From contig JAWXAQ010000035.1 of assembly GCA_034439575.1 (NCBI GenBank), positions 1 to 64,000 on the forward strand: 64,000 bases of DNA, read 5' to 3'. Of the stretch, positions 50,179 to 60,435 are shown piece after piece. The notes under the pieces were generated by a model. That model saw nothing but the letters and a program-made list of their open reading frames with translations, searched no databases and was not told the DNA's origin. The position numbers and the translations under genes are program-made. Within the stretch, counting starts at the first letter, position 1. Every line of letters begins with the position of its first letter. The stretch is from Leptospira sp. GTDB lineage: Bacteria > Spirochaetota > Leptospiria > Leptospirales > Leptospiraceae.

Positions 50179-51396
50179 TTGATTCAAACTATAAAAAAAA
50201 TGAAACATACTCCCCTTTCGCGAAAAAAATTTTTATCAAATGCATTCAAAACAGGCGTCATTCTTTCTCTTTCTAGCGTTTCAAAATCAATTTTTGCATT
50301 TTCTGCATCAGACTCAGAATCGTATCGAAAAAATCCGATCGCCTATGCTGAGGCAATTGGGCTAACCTCAAAAATACAAAAAATATTACTGACGGCAATG
50401 CTTGCACCTAATTCACATAATACGCAGCCATGGAAAGTCAAAATAGATTCAGAAAATAGTTTTTTGTTATATGGGGATGCGGATCGTACCCTTAAAGCCA
50501 TTGATCCAATGTATCGGCAATTTTTCCATAGCCAAGGAACCTTTCTAGAATTAGCAAAACTAACAGCTGATTCCTTAATGTACAATTCTAAAATTACATT
50601 CTTTCCAAAAGGGATTCCTTCATCTGCAGAAAAATTTATTTCCTATCCTGTTGCCAGATTTGAAATCCAAGAAAAATCAGAATGCGTTCATGATTTTTTA
50701 TTTTTATCTTTGCCGAATCGCGTTATGAATCGAAGCGAATACTCTGGAGAGTTTTTAAAGGAAGATGATATTAATAATTTAAATAAGCTAACTTTTGCTA
50801 AATTTGTGAACTTAAAATTTATTTTAGGTGAAGAAAAAATAAAAGAATTTCATTCTCCCTTAATAGCTTCTTTTGAAGCTGAGGTTAACTTACGAGAGGC
50901 AAATGAATTGTCTAGGATTTGGTTTCGAAGTGCAAACGAAGATATTTATACAAAACGAGACGGAATTACTTTGGAAGGAAATGGATTGTCTGGAGTAAAA
51001 CTTTGGATTGCGAAAAAATTCTTTTTAGACCTAACAGAAACTGGATGGCATTCCGAATCTTCAAAAAAAGCAAGCGTCGACCTTGCGAGAAAGCAAGTGG
51101 AATCAGCCAAAGGACTAGTCTTTTTTATCACTGAAGGTAAAGATACTCCTCTCGAATGGGTCAAAACTGGTATAGATTTTATGCGCTTTACTTTAGCGGC
51201 TGCGAATCAAAATTTTGCCTTTCATACGATGAACCAGGCTGTCGAAGATTACAAAGAAAGTCTCTTTTTTCAGAACAAATTGAATGGATTATTAAAACTC
51301 AAAAAAACTGAAAAAATACAATTAATTGGACGTCTAGGACGTAGTGACACTTTTTTCGCCTCACCGAGAAGAGATTTGTCCGAAATCGTATTATGA
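50179..51396 (+). CDS. Acg-type FMN-binding nitroreductase-like protein
   Basis: APNSHNTQPW; Tat-like SRKKFL N-terminus. Confidence 0.8.
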   Translation: MIQTIKKMKHTPLSRKKFLSNAFKTGVILSLSSVSKSIFAFSASDSESYRKNPIAYAEAIGLTSKIQKILLTAMLAPNSHNTQPWKVKIDSENSFLLYGDADRTLKAIDPMYRQFFHSQGTFLELAKLTADSLMYNSKITFFPKGIPSSAEKFISYPVARFEIQEKSECVHDFLFLSLPNRVMNRSEYSGEFLKEDDINNLNKLTFAKFVNLKFILGEEKIKEFHSPLIASFEAEVNLREANELSRIWFRSANEDIYTKRDGITLEGNGLSGVKLWIAKKFFLDLTETGWHSESSKKASVDLARKQVESAKGLVFFITEGKDTPLEWVKTGIDFMRFTLAAANQNFAFHTMNQAVEDYKESLFFQNKLNGLLKLKKTEKIQLIGRLGRSDTFFASPRRDLSEIVL

Positions 51397-51417
51397 TTTA
51401 ATATTCTATGAACATAT

Positions 51418-52221
51418 TTAATAATAATTTATAGGACTTAAATTTTCGAATGTTGGCTTCGCAAATAAAAATCCCTGGTAGTATCTTATTCCCAAATCAA
51501 GTAATGTAGTATATTCTGATATTGTCTCAATCCCTTCTGCTATTACAAGAATATTCAATTCATTGCATATATTCATCATACCTTTGATAATGATTTGAGC
51601 TGTTTTATTTTTATCTACATCTCGAATTAATTCCATATCTAGCTTAATGATGTCTGGAGGAAATTTTGCCAATAGATTTAGCCCAGAGTATCCTGCACCA
51701 AAATCATCAATGGCAGTTAGAAAACCCATATTTCGATATTCTTTAAAGATCGAAACAATATGTGCATGATCAATGACTTCTTCACCTTCAGTGATTTCAA
51801 AAATAATGCGATTAGCTGGAAATAAGAATGTTTTACTGGCTTCCAACGTAGTTCGAATGCAAGACTCTGGTCGGTATACTGCGTTTGGTAAAAAATTAAT
51901 ATTTAAATATGAATCTATTTTTAATCGGCTAGCAAGTTCGATGGCTTTTACTCGACAGGCTTGGTCAAATAGATATCTATTTTTTTCGGTGACGTTTGAT
52001 AAGATATGGTAGGCTGATTCTTGATTTAGTCCCCTAACAAGTGCTTCTTGAGAGTAAACTTTTTTGTTTGTCGCATCAATAATTGGCTGAAACGCCATCG
52101 TAAATTCAAAGTCAAGACCAGCGCCGTCCTTACAGGCTAAACAGGATAATTTTCGGGGAATCGTTTTTCCATCCGAGACTTCTAAGAATTCTTTTGGAAA
52201 TGATTCTTGAATTTTATTCAT
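51418..52221 (-). CDS. Stand-alone EAL domain phosphodiesterase
   Basis: FQPI, QEALVRG, FEITE, DDFGAGYS, AEGIET. Confidence 0.92.
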   Translation of the reverse strand: MNKIQESFPKEFLEVSDGKTIPRKLSCLACKDGAGLDFEFTMAFQPIIDATNKKVYSQEALVRGLNQESAYHILSNVTEKNRYLFDQACRVKAIELASRLKIDSYLNINFLPNAVYRPESCIRTTLEASKTFLFPANRIIFEITEGEEVIDHAHIVSIFKEYRNMGFLTAIDDFGAGYSGLNLLAKFPPDIIKLDMELIRDVDKNKTAQIIIKGMMNICNELNILVIAEGIETISEYTTLLDLGIRYYQGFLFAKPTFENLSPINYY

Positions 52222-52279
52222 AACAAAAAATCCTCATAACTATATTTTTGACGTTTAAGTATTCATCGATAGTAAAAAA

Positions 52280-53188
52280 TTATTTTAAAATAATCTTATT
52301 TCCTAAATACCACATAACAACAAGTATCTGCATACACCCGAGTACCCGAAGTATCACATATGGTTTCGCATGGATCGCTTTAAGGGAGCCAAGTCTAGCC
52401 CCTATAAATCCACCAATGGTTCCGACAAGTGCCAATTCAATATGCAATTTTCCTTGAAAATAAAAAAGTAGTGAAGTCCCGAAAGATGTAAAAAATATCC
52501 CAAGAAATGATGTAGCCACTGCCTCTACTGGTTCCATACGAAAATAAAATACAAACAATGGTACGGCGAGAAACCCACCACCTATCCCGAGTAATGAGGA
52601 TGTTGCTCCAAAAGCAATCCCGACCAAAAGTAAAAAAAATATAGATCTTAACGAATCTGATTTTACACGATTCGTTTTATTTTCGGATTCTCTTAAATTT
52701 TGTACAATTTCATTTTCAGCTAGTGACAATTTCTTTTTTTTACGTTCCGCCGAAATCAGATTCCATACTCCGAGAATACTCAAAAAGAAAGTAAAAATAA
52801 ATAGGTAAACTAGCTCTGAAATCGGCATCCCGTAGACTATAGTTTTACCAAGATCAGTATCTTCAAATCTACCAAATTTATAGGCTACGTATTGCGCCGT
52901 GGGAATCGAAGTAATTAGTAAAAGGAATCCTTCTCTAAATTGAATTTTTTTATTTTTAAAATAAACAAAAAGTCCAGACAAAGAAGAAAATGGCATTTGT
53001 GCCAATGAAACCGCTACCGCTTGAACAGCACTTAGGTGAAAGAATGTGTGAAAAAAGGGAGTATAAATAAAGCCACCACCTATCCCCAAAAATGAGGAAA
53101 GGTAGCCCACCAAAAATCCAAGTACGATAACAGAAATTATACCTGGATAAAAACCAAAAATAAATTCATTAAAAACTTGAAAGTCCAA
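52280..53188 (-). CDS. TauE/SafE sulfite exporter family protein
   Basis: Two GIGGG repeats, multi-TM. Confidence 0.88.
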   Translation of the reverse strand: MDFQVFNEFIFGFYPGIISVIVLGFLVGYLSSFLGIGGGFIYTPFFHTFFHLSAVQAVAVSLAQMPFSSLSGLFVYFKNKKIQFREGFLLLITSIPTAQYVAYKFGRFEDTDLGKTIVYGMPISELVYLFIFTFFLSILGVWNLISAERKKKKLSLAENEIVQNLRESENKTNRVKSDSLRSIFFLLLVGIAFGATSSLLGIGGGFLAVPLFVFYFRMEPVEAVATSFLGIFFTSFGTSLLFYFQGKLHIELALVGTIGGFIGARLGSLKAIHAKPYVILRVLGCMQILVVMWYLGNKIILK

Positions 53189-53199
53189 AGGTTTTTAAA

Positions 53200-53748
53200 C
53201 TATAAAAATTCTTTAGCATCATCAAAGAATTTTTCTGTAACTCTTTCGAAAACTTCCTTCTCTGTCGCCGTTTCTCCGTTATACCATATGCCAAGTATCA
53301 ATGGCAACCATTGCCCATAGTTTCTAAAAATATGATATTCATAGACTTTTACTTCTTTTCCATCTTTGAATAGATGATATTTGATATCATATCCATCTTG
53401 TTTTGACCAGGCAGGTATAAGTGTTGCCGTCATAGTCGATAATGCCAAAAACGCTAAAGCAGGTTTACTTGGACTGCGATAATCAACTTTCACATTTACC
53501 AGATAACCGGTCTTAGGTACGTCTATACCTTCAATCGTTTTTTTAAAAGGGCTTTTATTTTCGAAATAATTTTTTAAAGCTTCTCTTCCACCAAGATTGA
53601 ACTGAGGAAAATTTGGAAGATTATAAACGAAGTTAGCTTCCTTTGTTTTTTCACTTACCGGTAAAGGTAATAATTTTGGATAATCACGATAACTTATGAT
53701 ACAATTTTGGATCATAAGCATTGAAATTAATATAATAATTTTTTTCAT
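53200..53748 (-). CDS. Putative lipoprotein
   Basis: MKKIIILISMLMIQNC spirochaetal lipobox-like signal. Confidence 0.7.
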   Translation of the reverse strand: MKKIIILISMLMIQNCIISYRDYPKLLPLPVSEKTKEANFVYNLPNFPQFNLGGREALKNYFENKSPFKKTIEGIDVPKTGYLVNVKVDYRSPSKPALAFLALSTMTATLIPAWSKQDGYDIKYHLFKDGKEVKVYEYHIFRNYGQWLPLILGIWYNGETATEKEVFERVTEKFFDDAKEFL

Positions 53749-53762
53749 ATATTACCTATTTA

Positions 53763-54203
53763 TTAATTTTGACTATGATCATGATGGCCTTCTTCATCAT
53801 GTCTTCTTTCCATTTCATCATAAATCTCTTGTTGATCTTCATTAAAAAATAATTCAAAACCGATTCTTAAACAAACAGAATCTTCACCATCTTCTGACTC
53901 GCCCGGTAAAATTAAATTCATCACAAAAAAAGTATCCAATTCTGATTCTTCAATAAAGGCATCTGTTGCTTCCCACTCACCAAACTCTTCGTTATCTGGT
54001 TTACGGAAAGGTTGCAAAATCGTATCAAAGTCTTCTGTAATATAATTAAATTCACCTGATTCACTATCGATCATGAAAATGACATGATGACAACCAGGCC
54101 CCTCTTCTTCCAAAGGAGAGATAACTAGAGATCCACACGATGGACAATGTACCTTTGGATCAATCGCGCCGAAAGGCCATGTAATATTTACGGTTTCTAA
54201 CAT
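53763..54203 (-). CDS. Acidic hypothetical protein with CxxC and His-rich tail
   Basis: HCPSCG...CHH; C-terminal HDEEGHHDH; GGAG RBS. Confidence 0.65.
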   Translation of the reverse strand: MLETVNITWPFGAIDPKVHCPSCGSLVISPLEEEGPGCHHVIFMIDSESGEFNYITEDFDTILQPFRKPDNEEFGEWEATDAFIEESELDTFFVMNLILPGESEDGEDSVCLRIGFELFFNEDQQEIYDEMERRHDEEGHHDHSQN

Positions 54204-54331
54204 AGTAAAAGACTCCTAGGAACATCCTAATCAGACGCACATATCGTTCAACCCATTGAGAAGGTATATTTTTGTTTTTTTCTTTCTAATTTTAGTTTAT
54301 GGGAGAATTTAGATTTTAAGAGATACGAACA

Positions 54332-54742
54332 TTGGATTCAATCACCGAATTTTTTGATTCATTTCAATCCAGTTTTCATGAATTTTTTGGCCATGAATCT
54401 GAGCTTGGTTGGGAAATATACAAATTAAATTCCAGTGAATCAGCTAACGAACAATGGATGACCTTTACCATTCGAAATCCCCTTGCGGGTAGAGCTTTGG
54501 TTTTTCGATTTAACGAAACAGAAGACCAGTTTTATGCGTTTTTAAAAGTGCAAGTGATCCCAGGGGAAGAAAATTGGAATCTAGATGTTCTTTTTAAAAA
54601 GAAAGGATACTCTACTTTAGATTCAGAAGATTTAAAAAAAGAATTTGGTGAATGGAGATTTCATACTTTTGCTAGGTATTATTTTGGAATCATACTTAAT
54701 TTTTGTCCACGGATACTAGAGCCGGATTATTTTATCGACTAA
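54332..54742 (+). CDS. Hypothetical protein
   Basis: 136-aa ORF filling the intergenic gap. Confidence 0.6.
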   Translation: MDSITEFFDSFQSSFHEFFGHESELGWEIYKLNSSESANEQWMTFTIRNPLAGRALVFRFNETEDQFYAFLKVQVIPGEENWNLDVLFKKKGYSTLDSEDLKKEFGEWRFHTFARYYFGIILNFCPRILEPDYFID

Positions 54743-54785
54743 CGGTTATTGGCCTATAGTTATCGTAATAATTATCAATTATATT

Positions 54786-55634
54786 CTATTTAGTTTCTTT
54801 TCCGATGTCATTTCTTGTTTGGTTCCAAGCATAACCCCACAAAAAAAATGTAGAATTGATATATGCATATAACATAAGTACAACCATCTTAGAAAGCAAA
54901 TAATACGCGAGTGCATAGTTTACACCCACATTTTTTAATTTTAAATAGTATTGGAAACCGAATGTCAAAGGAATCCAAAGTAAGGCGGCAAAAATAGCAC
55001 CTGGTAAAGATTTTAGAATCGATGTTCTACGAGAAGTTGCATAGGAATAGTAAAAACTAAATAGACTCGTTACGACAAAAAACGTAATTACCGCAAGAAA
55101 TATCTCAGGATTTTTTCGAAATAATGTAAACTTAAAAGAAGAATACAAATACTTCTCGAACAAATAAAGACCATAACTAACATAAAAATAAATGACGATC
55201 AAAATACCACTAACCAACATCATACGAAGACTCATCCATTGCGCTTTGATGAATCCAATCTTTTCAGTTATAAAACTGATAGATCTTAAAGATTTAATCA
55301 CTGCCCCAAATATTGAAAGACTCGAAGCAAATGAAATTAATAAACTTAATGCTATAATTTTGTAGTCTTTAACATTAGTCAGGTTCTCTACACTTTTTTC
55401 TATAGGCTGGAAGATTGGTTGAGGTAATACTTTGCCCAATTGGTCGGTAATTAAATTTATCGTCTTTGGATCTTGGATCAGTCCGAGTAAAGAAACAAAT
55501 ACTACGAGTAACGGAAATAAGGTGAGTAAGAATGTGAATGAAATTTCAGATGCCAAGCCGTGAATGTCGGATTCCCATACCAATGCAAAAAACTTCCGAA
55601 GGCGTGACTTTGATTTTGCCATAATTTCAACCAA
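54786..55634 (-). CDS. YihY/virulence factor BrkB family membrane protein
   Basis: LASEISFTFLLTLFPLL, LPGAIFA; multi-TM. Confidence 0.85.
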   Translation of the reverse strand: MVEIMAKSKSRLRKFFALVWESDIHGLASEISFTFLLTLFPLLVVFVSLLGLIQDPKTINLITDQLGKVLPQPIFQPIEKSVENLTNVKDYKIIALSLLISFASSLSIFGAVIKSLRSISFITEKIGFIKAQWMSLRMMLVSGILIVIYFYVSYGLYLFEKYLYSSFKFTLFRKNPEIFLAVITFFVVTSLFSFYYSYATSRRTSILKSLPGAIFAALLWIPLTFGFQYYLKLKNVGVNYALAYYLLSKMVVLMLYAYINSTFFLWGYAWNQTRNDIGKETK

Positions 55635-55739
55635 TATACTAGATTTAGTCAGAATAGGGAATTTATTTCTCTTGCGACAGGAACTTGTACCGTAACCGTG
55701 GAGAAATCTCAGTGACGTACCTAAAAGGGGAAAACTTCC

Positions 55740-55901
55740 ATGTCAGAAGAAAAAGAAAAGAAAAACAAAAAAATCGCAAAAATGACCATCGAAGAAATCG
55801 ATGCAGCGATCAAAAAATCAACAGATTCGATGAACGGCAAATCTAGCCAATACATCAGACACTTAAATGAAAGAAAAGAGGAACTTTTAGCCAAAAAATA
55901 A
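55740..55901 (+). CDS. Small basic protein, 53 aa (not in ORF track)
   Basis: AAGGGG RBS; MSEEKEKKNKKIAKMTIEEIDAAIKKSTDSMNGKSSQYIRHLNERKEELLAKK; downstream hairpin CCCGTAG/CTACGGG at 55923-55942. Confidence 0.75.
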   Translation: MSEEKEKKNKKIAKMTIEEIDAAIKKSTDSMNGKSSQYIRHLNERKEELLAKK

Positions 55902-55957
55902 GGTTAAAAATCACTGTTTTAACCCGTAGTTAAAGCTACGGGCTCCCATTTTCCCAC

Positions 55958-57892
55958 TTGATACAATTCATTCAAATTCACCAACATTTCGGACCTAAGA
56001 CTCTATTCGAAGGATTCAGCTGGCATATCAAACCAGGCTCTCGAGTCGCTCTTGTCGGGCCCAATGGTTCCGGAAAAACGACTCTCTTTCAGATGGCTTC
56101 TGGCAAAATAAAACCAGAATCCGGTGAGGTCATCCGTTCAAAAAATACCCAACTTTCCCTTTTCCAACAAATCCCAGAATTTGATCCAGAAGCAAAAGTT
56201 GTGGATACAGTATTAAACGGAAATTTATTATACAAGGATTATTCCGCCAAACGCTCGCTTATCGAATCAAGGTTTGAAAATGTAGATTCTGAATCAGAAG
56301 CTTTCGAAAATCTTTTACATGACCAAAGTGAACTGGAAGAATTTGCCCATCAACATGACCTTCATGGACTCGAGGCAAAGGCAAAAAAAATTCTATCTGG
56401 TCTTGGATTTGCCCAAGCCGATTTTGAACGTAAAACTAAAGAGTTTTCACCTGGATTTCATCATAGAATCGGTTTAGCCATTGCCCTTTTAAATCCGCAT
56501 AATTTATTGTTACTCGATGAACCAACAAACCACTTGGATGATAAAACAAAAAGTTGGTTAGCTGACTTTTTAATTTCTCAAAACCAAGCCTTTGTTTTGG
56601 TAACTCACGATCCTGAATTTTTAAATAAAACTGTCACAACCATTGTAGAATTAAATCCCAATGGGGTTTTTGAATTTGAAGGCACATTGGAAGAATTTTT
56701 TGAAGCAAAAAATGAAATCCAAGAAAAATTAAAAGTGCAATTCCAAAAAGAAGAATCTTATCTCAAAACAAGATTGGAATGGGTAGAAAGATTTCGTGCG
56801 CAGGCAACTAAAGCGCGTCAGGTGCAATCAGTTATCAAACGTTTGGACAAACGTGACAAAGTCGAAAATCCTGAAGACTCGTTTTGGAATCAAAAACCAG
56901 AATACGCTTTTCAATTTTTACCTTCTAGTAATATCATTCTTAGATTAGAAAATGGATCATTTTCTTATCCAGACAAAGTTACCGGGATAAAAAAACAAAT
57001 TTTTACATCCGCTGAAATCGAAATCTCTGCTGGTGATAAAATTGCACTCGTAGGACCAAATGGTGCAGGTAAATCAACACTTATGCGCTGTTTGTTGCAA
57101 GAACATAAATTGGATGTTGGTAATTTATACTACGGCCCAAAAACCAAATTAGGATATTTTTCTCAAACCCACGGTGAAGACTTAGATTCTAGTCTCAACT
57201 TAGTAGAAACGATTCAAAAAAAATACCCTGAACTCAATGATGAAAAAGCCAGAACCCTTTTGGGACATTTTGCCTTTCCAGGAGACGGAGTTTTTAAATC
57301 GGTAAAGTTTTTATCAGGTGGAGAACAAAGTCGTTTACGTCTTGCCCTACTTGTACAACAACCTAGTAATTGTTTATTTTTTGATGAACCAACAAATCAC
57401 CTAGACATTGTTATACGTGAAGCTTTAAAAAGAGCCTTGGCAGAATACCCTGGTTCCATGTTAATCATTAGCCATGATCCTGATTTTTTAAAAGGTCTTT
57501 GTAATCGTACATTCCAACTTTCGAATGGTGTTTTGAAAAATTTAAATTGTAGTTTTGATGATTATTTAAAATTTCATAATGAAGACGAAGTGACTTTGCA
57601 GAATTCCACGAGCAAAGAGAAAAAGATAGAAAAGAAAGATACAACTACCGCTAGCAAAAATAAGCGAAAAAAACTCGAAAAAGAAATTCTTGAGATAGAA
57701 AACAAATTAGAAAGATTAGAAAAGAACCGAAAGGATAAAGAGGAACTTTTACAAGATCCGGAATTTTTCAAAAACAGAAGTTTTCAATTAGAAATGGATA
57801 CTTACAACGAAATAAAAAATGAGATTGCGAGTCTAACTTCCAGGTGGGAGCTTGCAACATTAGAATTGGATGAAATAGGAGGAGCGGTTTAA
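55958..57892 (+). CDS. ABC-F family ATP-binding protein
   Basis: Two ABC domains (GPNGSGKT, GPNGAGKS; DEPTNHLD twice), no TM, coiled-coil tail. Confidence 0.93.
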   Translation: MIQFIQIHQHFGPKTLFEGFSWHIKPGSRVALVGPNGSGKTTLFQMASGKIKPESGEVIRSKNTQLSLFQQIPEFDPEAKVVDTVLNGNLLYKDYSAKRSLIESRFENVDSESEAFENLLHDQSELEEFAHQHDLHGLEAKAKKILSGLGFAQADFERKTKEFSPGFHHRIGLAIALLNPHNLLLLDEPTNHLDDKTKSWLADFLISQNQAFVLVTHDPEFLNKTVTTIVELNPNGVFEFEGTLEEFFEAKNEIQEKLKVQFQKEESYLKTRLEWVERFRAQATKARQVQSVIKRLDKRDKVENPEDSFWNQKPEYAFQFLPSSNIILRLENGSFSYPDKVTGIKKQIFTSAEIEISAGDKIALVGPNGAGKSTLMRCLLQEHKLDVGNLYYGPKTKLGYFSQTHGEDLDSSLNLVETIQKKYPELNDEKARTLLGHFAFPGDGVFKSVKFLSGGEQSRLRLALLVQQPSNCLFFDEPTNHLDIVIREALKRALAEYPGSMLIISHDPDFLKGLCNRTFQLSNGVLKNLNCSFDDYLKFHNEDEVTLQNSTSKEKKIEKKDTTTASKNKRKKLEKEILEIENKLERLEKNRKDKEELLQDPEFFKNRSFQLEMDTYNEIKNEIASLTSRWELATLELDEIGGAV

Positions 57893-57894
57893 TT

Positions 57895-58236
57895 ATGGTA
57901 CCTGAAATCGATGTGAATACTTTTAAACAAAGACTTGATGCACGTAAATCTGGTAAGGACCATTTTTTTGTTTTGGATGTTCGTAATCCAAATGAACAAG
58001 AAATCGCACTTATCCCAGGTACAGATAAATTGATTCCTGTTGGAGAATTATCTGGAAGAATTTCCGAAATTATCGATCAAAAAGAAAATGAAATTTTGGT
58101 CTATTGCAGATCGGGTGGGCGATCAGGTATGGCTTGCGGAATTCTTGCCGAAGCTGGTTTCAAAAGTTTCAAAAATGTAGCGGGTGGAACTCTCGCCTAT
58201 TCTGACTTAGTTGACCCAACTATGAAAAAATATTAA
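57895..58236 (+). CDS. Rhodanese-like sulfurtransferase
   Basis: LDVRNPNE, VYCRSGGRS. Confidence 0.9.
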   Translation: MVPEIDVNTFKQRLDARKSGKDHFFVLDVRNPNEQEIALIPGTDKLIPVGELSGRISEIIDQKENEILVYCRSGGRSGMACGILAEAGFKSFKNVAGGTLAYSDLVDPTMKKY

Positions 58237-58241
58237 TACCG

Positions 58242-59294
58242 ATGAAAAAAACTGATAATTTAAGAATTCTCGAACAACATAGCCTTATTCCACCATCCGT
58301 GATCGCAGAAGAATACCCACTAACGGATGTTGCTTCTGATTTGGTAACAAAAACTAGATCTGAAATTTCTGATCTTTTGCATAAAAAAGATGAAAAAAGA
58401 TTATTAGTCGTAGTTGGTCCATGTTCAGTACATGATACTAAGGCTGTTATGGAGTATGCAGAAAAACTTCGTCCCATGATAGACAAATATAAAAATGAAT
58501 TACTCATTGTTATGCGTGTTTATTTTGAAAAACCAAGAACCACTGTTGGATGGAAAGGCCTCATCAACGATCCAGATTTAGACGGATCTTTTCATATCAA
58601 CAAAGGCTTGCAAACTGCAAGGAAACTTCTTCTGGATTTGAACAATATGGGCATACCATGTGGTACAGAATTTCTAGATGTGATCTCTCCTCAGTATGTT
58701 GCAGATTTAGTTTCTTGGGGCGCCATTGGTGCTCGAACCACCGAGAGTCAGATTCATAGAGAACTGGCATCGGGTTTGTCGGCACCCATTGGTTTTAAAA
58801 ATGGAACCGATGGAAATGTACAAATTGCAATCGATGCCATGCGCTCTGCCGGATCATCTCATCATTTTTTATCTGTAACAAACCAAGGAAGCTCTGCTAT
58901 TTTTAAAACTGCAGGCAATCCAGATACCCATGTGATTCTTCGTGGTCACAACAAAGGCCCAAATTATGATGCTGCCACCATAAACGAATTAGGCGCACAA
59001 ATTGAAAAAAGCAATATTCCTTCGCGACTTATGATTGATTGTTCTCATGGAAATAGCCAAAAAGATTTTCGCAAACAACCCATAGTCATAGAATCTGTCG
59101 CAGAACAGTTCCAAGGCGGATCAAAATACATATTGGGTGTCATGATTGAAAGTCATCTCAATGAAGGAAATCAATCGATTGATGCCAGACCTTTAAAATA
59201 TGGCCAATCAATCACAGATGCTTGTGTTTCTTGGGAAACCACCATACCAATGTTAGAAACTCTCGCCACTGCAGTCAAAAATAGAAAAGTTTAG
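58242..59294 (+). CDS. Class I DAHP synthase (AroF/G/H type)
   Basis: VGPCSVHD, YFEKPRTTVGWKG, GARTTESQIHR, DCSHGNS. Confidence 0.95.
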   Translation: MKKTDNLRILEQHSLIPPSVIAEEYPLTDVASDLVTKTRSEISDLLHKKDEKRLLVVVGPCSVHDTKAVMEYAEKLRPMIDKYKNELLIVMRVYFEKPRTTVGWKGLINDPDLDGSFHINKGLQTARKLLLDLNNMGIPCGTEFLDVISPQYVADLVSWGAIGARTTESQIHRELASGLSAPIGFKNGTDGNVQIAIDAMRSAGSSHHFLSVTNQGSSAIFKTAGNPDTHVILRGHNKGPNYDAATINELGAQIEKSNIPSRLMIDCSHGNSQKDFRKQPIVIESVAEQFQGGSKYILGVMIESHLNEGNQSIDARPLKYGQSITDACVSWETTIPMLETLATAVKNRKV

Positions 59295-59426
59295 TAAATT
59301 AAATTTTAGAATCATTCTATTATAAAATTTCGTTTATTGCCATAAATTTGTGTGGCATTTTAAAAAATCTCGATTAGATTTGCTCCTTGCTAAGAACGAG
59401 TTAAAGTTCAAGGCAAAGGAGATTCT

Positions 59427-59705
59427 ATGAAGAAAATACTATTCGGTGTTTTAGTTGCCATGATGTCTTTTGGCTCAGTGAGTCAATTGATGGCTGAAGA
59501 TTGTTTACTCTGCGGTAGTGGTAGCACCAACGGTTGCCAACAATGCCGAGGAACGGATCGGAAAGCATGTGCCGCAAAAGGTTGCAAAGTTTCAGGAACT
59601 GCCACTTGCTCAACTGCCGCAAATGTCAAAGTTTGTAAAGCTGACAAACCTCAGACTGATTTCACATTTCTCACTCCACAACAATCTAAAGTTGTTTTAA
59701 GATAA
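59427..59705 (+). CDS. Small secreted cysteine-rich protein
   Basis: AAGGAG RBS, signal peptide, 8 Cys, own terminator. Confidence 0.8.
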   Translation: MKKILFGVLVAMMSFGSVSQLMAEDCLLCGSGSTNGCQQCRGTDRKACAAKGCKVSGTATCSTAANVKVCKADKPQTDFTFLTPQQSKVVLR

Positions 59706-59714
59706 TTGATTCAC

Positions 59715-59743
59715 AGCGGTTGTGAAATTCGCAACCGCTTTTT
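59715..59743 (+). terminator. Intrinsic terminator
   Basis: AGCGGTTGTG-AAATT-CGCAACCGCTTTTT. Confidence 0.85.
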
Positions 59744-59834
59744 GTTCACCCGATCCCGATCTACTCCGCATGATTTAATTCAATTGATTTCCCAAATATT
59801 TGACATCTTTATGTTTTTGTGTTTTGCTGTATTT

Positions 59835-60053
59835 ATGAATACACGTATCACAGCCGATTTAAAGGACGCTCGTTTGATTCAGTTGATTAAAATGGAAGCG
59901 CATGAAAAAGGATGTACACAAGCGGAAGTGCTCATACATTCTCTTGAGATTTATTTTACAGATAAACTTGAAAATAATCTAGTCGTCAAGGCATCGGAAT
60001 TGGCGTTTAGTGAGTGGGATAATGGAAAGGATGCTGAGTATGATCGCATGTGA
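59835..60053 (+). CDS. Putative antitoxin of a PemK/MazF pair
   Basis: 72 aa; acidic tail SELAFSEWDNGKDAEYD; overlaps the toxin start. Confidence 0.7.
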   Translation: MNTRITADLKDARLIQLIKMEAHEKGCTQAEVLIHSLEIYFTDKLENNLVVKASELAFSEWDNGKDAEYDRM

Positions 60054-60390
60054 AGCTGGCGATATTCTTTTAATCCCTTTTCCATTTTCAGAATTATATA
60101 AAGTTAAGAAAAGACCCGCCTTATTACTTTGTTTTACCGAATTTAGGAATTCTTATAGCCTCGCTACCATTGCCATGATCACAAGCCAGGTGGATGGATC
60201 GAGGCAGTCTGGAGATGTGATGTTAGCCGATTGGGCAATGGAGAATCTACTTCATCCAAGTATATTAAGATTATCAAAAATTGCAACAGTGGATCGAACC
60301 TTGATCATTTCTAAGCTCGGAACGCTGAGTAAAAGGGATTTCGCTTCGACGAAGCATGAGTTCAATAAAGTATTCTCTACTTGGATTTAA
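60040..60390 (+). CDS. PemK/MazF family toxin
   Basis: GDILLIPFPFS...KKRPAL...AMITSQ...SILRLSKIATV. Confidence 0.88.
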   Translation: MIACEAGDILLIPFPFSELYKVKKRPALLLCFTEFRNSYSLATIAMITSQVDGSRQSGDVMLADWAMENLLHPSILRLSKIATVDRTLIISKLGTLSKRDFASTKHEFNKVFSTWI

Positions 60391-60435
60391 ATATAAAAAA
60401 TATTAGTTATAATATTTTCCAAAGTCAACGACTCA

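Noticed and set aside
59706-59834. N-terminal extension of the antitoxin ORF
   Set aside because: It runs through the upstream terminator and a TTGACA promoter-like region; the ATG at 59835 is more plausible
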